From contig BAAIJX010000068.1 in NCBI GenBank assembly GCA_054600435.1, positions 1 through 64,000 on the forward strand: a DNA stretch of 64,000 nucleotides, read 5' to 3'. Below the pieces are notes generated by a model. The model searched no databases, was not told the DNA's origin, and was given only the letters and a program-made list of their open reading frames with translations. The position numbers were made by a program, and so were the translations under genes. This DNA comes from Neophaeotheca triangularis. Its lineage: Eukaryota. Below, piece after piece: positions 1 to 11,230 of this stretch. Position 1 is the first letter of the stretch; every line of letters starts with the position of its first letter.

Positions 1-120
1 CCCTAACCCTAACCCTAACCCTAACCCTAACCCTAACCCTAACCCTAACCCTAACCCTAACCCTAACCCTAACCCTAACCCTAACCCTAACCCTAACCCT
101 AACCCTAACCCTAACCCTAA
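1..120. repeat. Telomere, (CCCTAA)20 = TTAGGG-type chromosome end
   Basis: 20 perfect CCCTAA units at the start of the window. Confidence 0.99.
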
Positions 121-835
121 ATAGCAAATTGCTACCTCTTTCTAAATTAAACTACCCCTCTAGTTAAAATTTAGCGCTAAAATCCTTACCTATTTTAAAT
201 TAAGTTACTGTAATTTAGTCGTAGCATTATAGTTAGATAATATAAGGAGAGAGAAAAGAGAAAGATAGGAAAGGAAGAGGGAGAAACATATATAGTAGCC
301 TATTTACTCCTACCTTACTATCTATTAACTACTTCTCTATTAAATACATTTCTATTAGTTACTATTTATTAACTACTTCTCTATTAACTACTACTCTATA
401 CTACTACTAGCTAATAATTAAATAAGCTAGTCCCTAAATTGTCCCTACTAGCTTTAAAACTTAAAGAATACTAACTTTTTTTAGAAATTTATAGCTATCT
501 TAGAAGTTACTTAAACACTTTTAGATTATAGGTTTAAGCTTGTTTATAGCTTAGATTTATATAGTAGAAGTTTTAAGTTTTAATAGTATTGAAGTAAAAT
601 TGCTAAAAAGCCTTAAGATACTTTTGAAAAAAAGATTACTATCCCTATTAGCTTTTAGCCCCCAAATCTTTACTAACATTTATTAGGATTAGGGCATTCT
701 AATCATGACATTATAGTTAGGTAGAGTCGAGTATTATTACTAGGTGTTTATGTTATATGTATAGTGTAAATACTGATCAAGTTTATAACATAAAGTCTAA
801 CCCTTATAGATGTAGATTTAAACTCTAACCCTCGG
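121..835. repeat. AT-rich subtelomeric sequence with RIP-like signature (decayed repeat)
   Basis: Very AT-rich, TpA-rich and CpA/TpG-poor by eye, no ORFs; abrupt switch to ~50% GC near 835. Confidence 0.75.
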
Positions 836-925
836 CTTAAATTCGGCATAAAAGGCACGCTCGGGCTCTATGCTTAGGCGTCGCCTACTAGAGATCCATA
901 TTCTTCTTTCGAATTGTATAGCACA

Positions 926-2449
926 ATGTTAACAAACCGAGAATGTGAACGTCTCTTACCTCTCGGCGCGGTCAGCAAACCCGATGCCGATATATCCGGG
1001 ATTGGCGTCCTTCTTGCTTTTCTCATCAGCGCCTACGGTACCTTCGCCGCAGTCCTCGGAGCGTACGTGCTCGGCATGGTCGAGCCAGAGCAATTGGCGC
1101 CGGTCGACGAGAGAGTCATGCGCATTCGGTCGCGTGTAGCGCAATACCCAAGTCTGCATCGCGCATTACGGCAAACCATCTTGGTCGTGAGCGACCAGCA
1201 AATCGTCACCGGGATTGCGATTATGACGGCGGGCTTCGTAGGCCTCCGCAGCGGCGACATGACCGTCTATCACTACCAGATTGTCATCTACCTCGCCTGG
1301 CTATCTAGCTCGGTACATCTCTCCGCTCTCACCCTCCTACGACCACATCTTCGCGACCATCCCGGCACTCGAGCGTGGCGTCTGCTCGGTATGGTGGTGC
1401 TCTTCATCATGCTCGTCGTTGGCCTAGTTCCCACAGTGAGTTACGACTGGGGTATCATCAACATCGCGGACCCGACCGACCTGACGGTTGACTTGGGTGA
1501 GCGCACGGGATGGGGCCTACCGGCGTCCTGCTTCTGGGGACGAACGTATCAAGATGGTGTCAACAACGATGCGCCTATCGGCTACCTCCTCTTGTTCGTG
1601 AGCTACGTTTGGAAAGTCGGCGACATGTTCACGTCAACGCAAAGTGTCTACAGCGCCTGGCTCCGAGTTCCATTGCGGAGATTTGCGCATAGGGTGCTGT
1701 CGGCGCCAGCGAGGAGATACCTCCAGACAAGCCAGAGGAAGTACCTATGGTGGTATCGTCTCTCGCTTGCTCCCATCATCCCAATGATTGCTTTTCTCGA
1801 GTTTCTCGCTTCATTCTCTGCTTCTCTATGGCTTTCGGCTCTCGGGCTCGTGTTTGGCACCATTCAAATCGTCGTGCCTCGCTATCAGAACCTTGAGGCT
1901 ACGGGGTCACAGGAGGACAAATGGGGCTTCGGTCAGCTGGTGCCCCTTGTACTGCTTGTGCAGCCACTAGGTGCAGTCTCGGAGCATTTATGGCCCCGTC
2001 TATGGTCGCAGTCAGAGAAACACGAGACTGAAAAGGTCAAACCAAGCAAGCCCGCCTCGGGCATTACATCTGGACCCAGGAGAGTGTCGCATCAGTCGAG
2101 GGCCAATTCGATCACTCCTAGCGTACCACAGAGACACGATGTTCGGCTGATAGAGATGCTCGGCCAATCGCCCGATGCTTCAACCACACGTACAGGCGAT
2201 CATGACCACTTCGTTGACATCCTGCTCTCTTCGCGGACCTTCGGCGCGCTGGTCGTCTTGGTACACATTACACTGCTCGGGGGGGGATCCATCATCATGT
2301 ACTTCGACGCTGAGTCGGTCGGAATTATGAGGGGCCAGAATTGGCAGTATGCTCTAGTTGCAGTCGCATTCTACGTCGCATCTTCTTGGACGGTGGTACT
2401 CTTTGCTGGGCCCTTCAGCCGGATAGGGAGGGCGATGATACGAACATAG
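926..2449 (+). CDS. Uncharacterised multi-pass membrane protein (fungal family with D-x-DI-x-G-x-GV N-terminal motif)
   Basis: Uninterrupted ORF from ATG at 926; many hydrophobic segments; motifs DADISGIGV, SDQQIVTGIAI, YHYQIV, WGFGQLVPL. Confidence 0.8.
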   Translation: MLTNRECERLLPLGAVSKPDADISGIGVLLAFLISAYGTFAAVLGAYVLGMVEPEQLAPVDERVMRIRSRVAQYPSLHRALRQTILVVSDQQIVTGIAIMTAGFVGLRSGDMTVYHYQIVIYLAWLSSSVHLSALTLLRPHLRDHPGTRAWRLLGMVVLFIMLVVGLVPTVSYDWGIINIADPTDLTVDLGERTGWGLPASCFWGRTYQDGVNNDAPIGYLLLFVSYVWKVGDMFTSTQSVYSAWLRVPLRRFAHRVLSAPARRYLQTSQRKYLWWYRLSLAPIIPMIAFLEFLASFSASLWLSALGLVFGTIQIVVPRYQNLEATGSQEDKWGFGQLVPLVLLVQPLGAVSEHLWPRLWSQSEKHETEKVKPSKPASGITSGPRRVSHQSRANSITPSVPQRHDVRLIEMLGQSPDASTTRTGDHDHFVDILLSSRTFGALVVLVHITLLGGGSIIMYFDAESVGIMRGQNWQYALVAVAFYVASSWTVVLFAGPFSRIGRAMIRT

Positions 2450-3611
2450 CCGTATCGAGGTATTCTTTCGTGGCTAAAGGAGAGGCGTGGGCCATCAAGA
2501 ATGGTAGCCAGGATACGGAGGAGGGTGCACCAACAACTGAAGGTAGAGGCCGACGACTCGCCAGTTATACTCCCCACGTCCGCCACTCTTTTCAAAAAGA
2601 CCGCCATACAATGTGCGCCACAATTACTCGACCAACTCTTTCGCTCGCGGTATGTCCATACAGCACTCAACAACATCGCATGACCCGCATCCGCCCCGCA
2701 CTGATCGGATAGAATCTTTGACTCGCCTTATCTACAGTACACATTACCAGGATGCTGCTCCGTTCGTGGCTTCCACAGCATGAACTTGGGCAGAATCTGT
2801 GGACGCTCCACCCCCAGTCACGGATTGCTTTGGGAATTGGGGCTTTATCTGAGCGCTGCAACCGAGCTCAGCAGCGCGATTCGAGGCAATCTCATTCATT
2901 TCATACCACGAAGAAAGAGCCAATCTTGATTTGCGGCGCTCGTACGCCAGCCAGAAACTGTCGAAATCCTTATCAGCGAGTCTGCACCCGACTAGCGACT
3001 GCAGCATGCGGAACAGCGCCTTTCGAGTCAGAGAGCCGGCTCGTCGGACTGTACTCTGGCGATTCGATGATACTGGTCCGGTGTTTCGCATCTCGACGAC
3101 TACACGATGGGTCGAAGAAAAGATGAACGCGGGTTGAAGGCCTCGGAGGTAGATGACAATCGATGGAGTGCGCATCTCGGTCTATGGAAAGTAATTCGTT
3201 CGTCGCAAACTGCAGCCGCAGCTACCATGTACCGAGATGGTATTGAACATCTGTTACCATCGAACGGTGTCGCAGGTACAGTCTTTCCTTCTCACGATGA
3301 GGACACTACCGCGAGCCGGCCTGCCAAGCAACCGCTATTTAGTACGCACGCTAGGTTCAGCAATCTTAAGACTTGCTCTCCGCGACGGCAAGAGGGTGCT
3401 CGCGGGGCCATTGATACCGAGCGTGGACGAAGACAAGTCCCTCTGAAAAGATGTTTGAGATTTCGGGGGATGTTAGCACTACGCAACACACTTGCAACTC
3501 TTGTTGGCTTGAACTCATGCTGCCCCAGCTTCTACGATCTCCTTCCAAGTCTCCATTGATCCGCGCAATCCAGATTTTCAATTACTGTAGAGCCGCTGAA
3601 GACCTCCACCT

Positions 3612-6230
3612 CTAGCTAGTCTGCTCCGGCCTCTGCAAGTAACTGCAGCTTTGCCAATCACAAGTATCCTTGTGAACCTCCGTCCCCCACCACGAAAAGT
3701 TGTCCGCAGCACCCGTATAGAAAACGGAGAAGAAAATTACGATACCGGCAATGGCAACGGAACAGTCGAGAGCGGAAGAAAGCACGAAATTGTACCTGCG
3801 CCACCAGTGCTCCTGCTTGCGCTTCACCAACAAGCCGAAAAGCAGACCCACGATCGCCCAAGAGCCGTAGTTGGTTCCAGATGCCGGGGGAATGTAGTTG
3901 AGGCCACCGAGAAAGAGCGGGACGTGGATCTTCTTCATCCAAGCACAGTTGGGAAAGAAGCGGCGACGCACGACGAACACTGCGGCAGGCAGGAGAGCGC
4001 CGACGAGGAAGAACCAGAGCAATGGTCGGTACCTCGCGCCTTCCTCAAAGAAGCGGCGAGGGCCTAGCGCGCCCCAGACCATGCTCGTGTTAAAGTGGGT
4101 ACGCGAGAAGGGGCATTGGAATCCGTTGACGGCGTCGAGCGTGCAGATGCCGTCGATGTGGTTCAAAGCCCAGTTGATGACGGAGACTTGACCGAGAGTA
4201 CCGAAGACAACACCCACGAGCTGGACGGCGAAAAGCTTGCGCGGAGGGATGTTGGTGTAGATCCCGAGCTTGAGGTCTTGGGCGAAAGCCAGACCCTTGA
4301 TGAGGCTGATGTATCCAAAGTTGAAGAACCAGATATTGGCGAGGACCTTGCCTTCCCAGATGTAGCCCGCCACAATGCGGCAAAAGATATCGATAGAGAT
4401 TTTGACGTTGGTTGTGGCATAGACCCAGGCAAGCTGCGGAGGTGATATTAGCATTTGTAAAAGCGTCTTGGGAGCGTTAGGGTGTACTGACAGGCACGAA
4501 GAAGACGGCAGAGATCACAAAAGCCAGGATCACGCCATACCAGTGTAGCTGCACTGGATAAACCTCAGAAAGGACGATTGCGATGATCACTGCGGCTGCA
4601 AGCGCTATCCAATACCACCACACTGGGACATGTCTGTAGGCGGAGTTTGTGTGACGTACGGGCCTGGGCGTCCTGGTCGCCAGCGCATAGAGACCGGATG
4701 CTTGGAAAGCGTGCTTAAGGTTGTCCCTCTTCTCGAGTGCCAGCCATACGAATAGAGATGCAATCGAAGCAAAGCAGAGACCAAAGGTGTTGAGTGCATA
4801 GGTGGTTGGAAGGTAGATCTAATCAAAGGTTAGCACAATATATCCCCTGATGAGGTTGACGCGGACGGCTTACATCGGAGTACTGGCGGTACAAAGTTTC
4901 GTTGAAAACGAAGCCCTCACCTTTGTCGATGACACGAGATACGTTGAAGACCTCGCCCGTGTTGTCGTAGATGGAGTTGCTCTGGATCGGCATGTATGCA
5001 CTGTCCCAGGTGTTGGAATAGTACAACGCCGGCGAGACAATATAGATCCAGAGCACGAGTGACGCCAGAATGTTGAGGATAGCCCAAGCAGGTACAACCA
5101 GAGGAGAGCCGATGTAAGCGATTTGACTCCCTGTGGTTGTCAGCTATGGCCCGTTTGAACGCCATTGCCATCATTGGTGGATCGACCTACAATCAAAAGT
5201 GACTGGAATGATTCCAAGTCCACTCTTCATGCCGAACAACTGGTTGACGACGGCGTCGTTTGGTGAGATCCAGCAGATCCAGGTAAAGTAGCCCAGGGCA
5301 GGGAAGATCAGGTCAGGGAACCAGTACCAGCAGAAAGACGCCATGAAAGCCATCAAGAAGAATCGGTAGCGAGACATCTTCCACTTGGAACTGTGAGGCT
5401 GTCAGCAAAGGAATTACCGCTGGGGATCGCTTAGCGGGATTTGGGCGACGTACGAAGTATCACTCTGATCTTCCTTCTTGCTGACGTGAAGCGCAGCGTT
5501 GAGAGCAGTGTTGCCCAGTACGCCAGGCCACACGAGAGATTTTGGCTCGACGACAAGAGTGTAGCTGATACCAGCAAGAGCGAATCCGAAAAGCAAAGTC
5601 GCCGCAGTGGTGAATATCTCAAAAGCCCAGCCAAGATCCAAGCCATAAAAGACACGCTGCTCGGTGAGGACGTCTGCGCTAAGACGGGTGAGGAAACTCA
5701 GGTTGGCCATGATGTAGACGAGCATGTTCTCCTGTAGTTGGCGTAAGCATAATGAAGTATCTATTGAACCTTGCGGAATTGCTTACCTTGGAGTTGAAAG
5801 GTCCCGGGTTGGTGTTGACCTTCAGGCCGAGCAGTGAGAACTCCCATTCCGGCACGGCCAAGTACCAGGCTTTACCAATGGGATAGGCGAGGAACTGGAT
5901 CGCCGACTGCGAAAGGGTGATGGAGGGTATCCTGAAAGTGTAGAGCGTGTTGACACCGCTGCCCAGCAGGCAGAACCCGATCCCAATCACCCACATGCGG
6001 AGGGTAAGGCATGGTGTTTCTGGATTGTCCTCGATGAGACCAACACCCGCAGCGTAGAGGATTTCGCTTTGGGAAGATTCCTCGGATGGACGCCTCTCCT
6101 CTTCCTGGACCGTGGGCGTTTTCGCCCCTTCGCCATCGATGTTGTCCGCGTCGGTTCGCCTGGATAGGTCGGTGAGCTCAGCAACGCCGTAGGCATCGCT
6201 AGCAGTGGCATGAACGCCGTTCGGAGCCAT
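3612..6230 (-). CDS. Oligopeptide transporter, OPT family (multi-exon)
   Basis: OPT motifs DNPETPCLTLRMW, NPGPFNSK/EH, WYWFPDLIFPAL, WGALGPRRFF, WWRRYNFVLSSALD; exons join through GT..AG introns with CTRAC branch sites and appear intact. Confidence 0.93.
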
Positions 6231-6251
6231 CTCGAGAAAAGGTCCGGAGGT

Positions 6252-7182
6252 ATCAGATAAGATGTCGACTGAGTGGAGGGAGTAACCGAATATCAGATAA
6301 GATTTTGGGGCGCCTCAAATTTATATACTTCTGCTGTCCATGTGCTAGCGACACCGGGCACAAGAGCGATTATTTTGTCCGTATTCTGCCGATAGCTTTA
6401 GACCCATAGTGATTCTTTGGCATCATATTTGGGCCTGAAGGTGCTTTGTTGAGCCCACGAAACGACCGTCTTACGATTAATGTCCGGCATTTAGCCCAAA
6501 ATTGGGGATCTTCAAACCAGTAGAGAGCCAGTATGCACCGTCCGAGCGTCCTGGTAGCCACTTTATCAGATCAATCGGATCAAGAAACGCTTGCAACGGA
6601 GTGGAAGCACTCAAGAAAAAAATAGAAAGAGGTAAGATGCTGCAAGACTTGGAGCAGGGTCCTTACAGGGCTGGTTGGAAAGATATGCGAAGCTAGGCAA
6701 AGACTACTTCCAAGCTTTTTAGCACATCCGGAACCCGCTGGCAATGAATCAGTCTTCCTTCGATTGCCGTCGCTAAACAGGAGTACATGCTCACTGTAGC
6801 GGTAGGGCTGTTGTTATTTGTCGGGCTGAAAGTGAAATGGTTAGTAGACACAAGTACAACCTGTATACCGTTAGGTTCGCTTCTAACAAGCCGTCTCGCG
6901 AGAGACCTTCCGAGACTCTTGATCTGATAATGTAGTCTACGCACTACAACATTTATGGTATTCCTTTCGTAATAACAAGGTGGACCACTAAACGACGGGC
7001 GCGAGTGGAGGCTCGTAGGGCTGGACAGTGGACACGTAAGGCTGGGAGGAACTAGTAACCACCCCAACCAAAGCCCTACAGGGCTGAAGTATGGACCATA
7101 ACTAAGACTTGAATACCAAGGGACGAAGTCCATCCGTTATCGGCCCGCCGACAAAAAGCTTTCTGATCTTTTGATCTGATAA
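6252..7182. promoter_or_regulatory. Five ATCWGATAA (SreA/Sre1-type GATA) boxes upstream of the OPT gene
   Basis: ATCAGATAA at 6252 and 6292; TTATCAGAT (reverse strand) at 6563; ATCTGATAA at 6922 and 7174; TATA-like TATATAAA on the minus strand at ~6320. Confidence 0.75.
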
Positions 7183-7539
7183 CAGCATCCACCTTGCATG
7201 GAACTTCTCAACTAGTCTAGACAACCCATGTCGAGCCATCCGCAGAGCTCGGCTGTCTCTACCCAGGCAGTTACTACTAGCAACAAAAGTCGAGGAGGCT
7301 GCGTTGAAACTTGTGGAGTGATGAAGCCACCACGTAAAGCCCCCGCCGTTTTCAAGTTTTCAATTTTCTCCGGGATCCGTTTATTCTCGATGAGCGGAAT
7401 CAATTCCTCAAAATTTGTAAACGACCACCTTTAAAGCGCTTGAAAAAAAACAATTGACTTTTGTCGTTCGCACGAACCTCGTCATCTCTATCGAACGCTC
7501 ATAGCCTCCCGTTAGTACGGTGTCCGCGGGCTCCGTCAT

Positions 7540-9160
7540 CAATGACGATCGATATTAACAAGAGGTTAGAGCTTGAGATGTGCGAATAGCGTGGCGTGTA
7601 GGGCAGACGAAAAGTGATATGCTGTATGAGCGGGGAGAGGACTGTGAAGACGGAGCATTCGATTCGAAGGCGCTTAATGGCAAATAGTAGCTAGGCGGCG
7701 CTAGCTTCGTCTTTACTAGGATGAGGAGGGCCCTAAGAAGAAAATTCGCTCAAGCAAAGTTATTAGATAAAAGGCCAGTGCAATCGACGTGTATCTACCG
7801 GCATACGATATTAAGCAGTTGTGAATCCTAGCTGTCGAGTGCAACGGTTGCTAATCGTAGTGGAGGTTACAGATAACAGCTTTGTTGAGGAGCCGGCTAT
7901 GTAGTCTAAGTTCTTCCCCTTTCTTACCTTCTAAATAGCTAAGTGAAGGAATGTAGATTGTAGAAGTCATGCGTGATCTGGCTGCAAAGTGACGTGCGAG
8001 GGTGAGACCTACATGTCGATTTTCTAAGACTGAGGTGAAAGTGTAAAGATGTCCTACGAAGTTCCGATTGTCGACTCCAACTCGCCTTGGACGCTGGCTC
8101 GAAACGACGCCCTAAGAAAATCTCCGACACCATTAGGAATCTCTACGTAGAGCAGTCTGTCGGCCTCGACGCGGGCAAGAGGCCCTATAGTGGCTGTGCG
8201 GTCTTCTTCGCCAGTCTAAATGCGACGATTTCATTGCCGCCGGTCGTCAGCGGTCTTATCCTGAGGTGAGAGCACCCGTTCGAGTAGTGAGTTGTAGACT
8301 ATACCACAGCATTGCATTGACAAACTGCGAACATAGCCGGAGGAAGCAAAGCCTCGACCGCAAAAATGTCTGTCGTGTTCGTACAGGTACTCTTAAGAGC
8401 TTATTTCGAAGCTAGACGGCAGATCTTGACAATCGCTTCCGCCAAACAATGTTCTGTGTTACTGCCGATGCTCGCTGGACTTTCCGGGCGCCTTTTCTGT
8501 CAGTCTCGTCATGGTCAGGTTTTCCAACGACGACATGGCCCGTCATGACCTCGCTCTTCTTCTCGAGATGCGAAGCGAGTCTACTACTGACGGCGGTTCA
8601 CCCGCCGAGGAGAGTTTCAAGTGATAGTATTGAATCAGCGAGCGCGAGCGCCAGTCGTGAAGTCAGCCCGGTGAGGGGATGCGAATTTCCTAACCCGAGT
8701 GTTCGAACGACCAAGTCCGGAGAGCATCTGTTATATGGTCGCGCTTCTAGATTGTCGACGAGGAAAAAGTCTAGTATTTCCTTCTTGCGGCAGTATAGCG
8801 AGGGTTTGGTTTCGCTTAGCAGTTTGAGGTCCTAAGACGAAGATGGAGCAGGTATGCAAAAAGATTTGGAACGGTTCCTCGTAAAGGTATCGAGGTGGGC
8901 GGAGGCCGTCACGCTCGAGGAGGTGTCGCTAGAGTGGAAGATGCATGCGGAGGCAATATCTAGCTACCTTGCATACCGTCGTAATGGTAACTAGAACCGT
9001 GGTCTTTAATACACGGAGAATGGTCGGACGAGGTCGGAGAAGCACAGAAGACGGCAAAAGCCGGGGGTTGCCGGGGCAAGGCAAGGAGATTGATAGTACG
9101 GATCTGGCCGAAAGTTCCTTGAGAGCGGAGGCTGAGGCGATAGAAGCTGAACGGCTTAAC
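7540..9160 (+). pseudogene. Probable decayed gene with in-frame TAA/TAG stops and a frameshift
   Basis: Protein-like fragments (ITALLRSRL; LGRWLETTP / KKISDTIRNLYVE across a 1-nt shift; ORF 8449-8835 continues past TAA as DEDGAGMQKDLERFLVKV...), many stops compatible with CAR->TAR changes. Confidence 0.35.
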
Positions 9161-9168
9161 TAGAAAAG

Positions 9169-9177
9169 ATCTGATAA
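9169..9177 (+). promoter_or_regulatory. ATCTGATAA SreA-type box upstream of the solute-binding protein gene
   Basis: Exact consensus, ~370 bp upstream of ATG 9545. Confidence 0.65.
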
Positions 9178-9544
9178 AAGCCAAACGGACAATCAATCAT
9201 CATTGATTGTTTTGGATGTTCTGAGACAGTCGATCCACAGCGGAATCTCTCCTCGCCTGCTCTGTTCCAGGTTACCTGAGTAACATCCAAGGACGGCCTT
9301 TGCGTTATGATGTGACGCGGCATTGTACAATTTGTGAAACCTTGACAGCAAAGGTAACGTTAACTTAATCAAAGTTACCAAGCTATGCTTACAAAGGAGG
9401 GCAGGGAGGCTTTCCGCGCCATGAAAGAGCTGGATACGTATATAGCATTCGTTGCAGCTCGTAGGTAGTAGGTAGCCGCTTCCATACGTCTTCAACCACA
9501 GCAACACCTACCTTTCATCACTACTTCACCATCTCCAAGACAGT

Positions 9545-10699
9545 ATGAAGCTCCAAGTAGCTTCTCTCGGCCTCGCAGCCATCGGTGCCAGCGCTCAATG
9601 GCAGCCTACAGTCCCGGTCGAGACGAGGTCCCTCGAAGACATCTACGCCGCCGCACAAGAAGAGGCTGCCACCAACGGCTCCAACCCACTCCAAGTCGCC
9701 TGGGGCGGCGATGGCGGTCGACAGGGCCAGGGTGTGCGTGACATGTGGGCTGCCCGATTCCCCGACATTCCCCTAAACTTGACCGTCGACTTGAGCAAGT
9801 TCCACGACGGCCGCCAGGACATTGCTTTCTACGAAGGTCGTCACAAGAACGATATTGCCGTCTTGCAAACTTTGCAGGACTTTCCTCGATGGAAGGCGCA
9901 GAACAGGCTCATGTATTACAAGCCTAGAGAGTTTGATGATATCTTCAATGGCGAGAAGGATCCCGATGGTGCTTGGTTGGGGCTGTTCAACTGTAAGTCC
10001 ATTGCCCACTGTGTCAATGCCGGTCACGGGTACTAACAGTGGACAGACAACTTCGGCCGCCTGGTGTACGACAACACCAAACTCAATGCCTCTGCGGTCC
10101 CCACAACCTTCGAAGCCTTCCAAGACCCGGCCTGGAAATCAAAGCTGATCCTAACCTATCCCAACGACGACGACGCCGTCGCCTACCTCTTCGCCCTCAT
10201 CGTCTCCAAATATGGCCACTCCTGGTTGGAGAATCTAGCTAGAAACGACGTCCGCTGGGTTAAAGGCACGGGAACACCCGCTTGGGAGATCGAACGCCTA
10301 CACAATTCCACCGACGCCCATTGCTACCTGACCTTCACAACCGGCGACGCGGGCAGCGAGACCTGGTGGGGCAACGACGAGCCCAACGACCAGTTCGTAA
10401 CGTGGGCGCAAACGGGCGCCATTTTCGCCAACACGCCGCGCCCGGAAGCTTCCAAGCTGTTCATCTCCTGGATCACGAGCCCGGAGTTCCAGCAGTCGCA
10501 ATCGAGCACGCAGTACGGCTTGCACACGGTGGAGACGAACCCGCTGCTGAGCAACAGGACACAGTTGTCCGGGTTCAGGCAGTTTGAGGAGACTCGCGCA
10601 ACTGTGGAGTGGTGGAAGAACCAATTTGAGGATGTTTTGGGCACGCCGCAGGGCCCTTCGCCGTTGGAAGTTTACCCCAACCCGCCTTATCAGGCGTAG
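9545..10699 (+). CDS. Secreted periplasmic-binding-protein-II-like protein (bacterial ABC Fe3+/AfuA-type substrate-binding fold), ~366 aa, 1 intron
   Basis: Signal peptide MKLQVASLGLAAIGASA; intron 9993-10046 (GTAAGT..TACTAAC..CAG) restores frame; SBP-like motifs LEDIYAAAQEE, DIAVLQTLQDF, FQDPAWKSKLILTYPNDDD, AIFANTPRPEASKLFISWITSPEFQ. Confidence 0.8.
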
Positions 10700-11062
10700 G
10701 GTGGAAGAGATAGACCTCTCTTCTTGAAGAAAGTTCTTAAAGGGAGTCAACTTGAGATTGATCTGCTCCCGAGCGATCCTGCTTTCTGTTTAATCTAATT
10801 CGAATGTGCCGTCAAGAGTCGTTGTATTAAACCGTGTCAAGGCTCAAACTGTTTACCGCTTGGACCTTTCTCCTCGAAAAGAGAAGAAAAGTAGCGTATT
10901 CGCGCATTTCCAAAACGTAATGCAAGATACTTCGATTAGAAAAAAAAAGTATCTATGGAGGTCCTGAACAGGTTCTCTAGTCATTGAACCTTCGGCGTAA
11001 GTGTGGGGATACAGGCAGTGACTAGTTACCCATCTAGGAGTAGTGTTTGGGAAGCCAGCAGG

Positions 11063-11071
11063 ATCTGATAA
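11063..11071 (+). promoter_or_regulatory. ATCTGATAA SreA-type box with an adjacent second GATAA
   Basis: GGATCTGATAAGATCGATAAG at 11061-11081. Confidence 0.5.
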
Positions 11072-11230
11072 GATCGATAAGAACTCGTATCTACTAACCA
11101 ATGGGCCTTACTGTTACCACTTCCAAGCATTGGGGACTTACACATAATCACTTTTAACTACCTTACCTTACCCAAAAGCCCAGACTTCGATTTCACTCGC
11201 TTGGTCAAAACGACCGCGCAAAGGCGCCAA

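Noticed and set aside
121..835. Telomere-linked helicase or intact telomeric retrotransposon
   Set aside because: No ORF or recognisable motif remains; too degenerate to classify
2450..3600. Several overlapping 60-150 aa ORFs
   Set aside because: No motifs or coding-like bias; region between convergent genes
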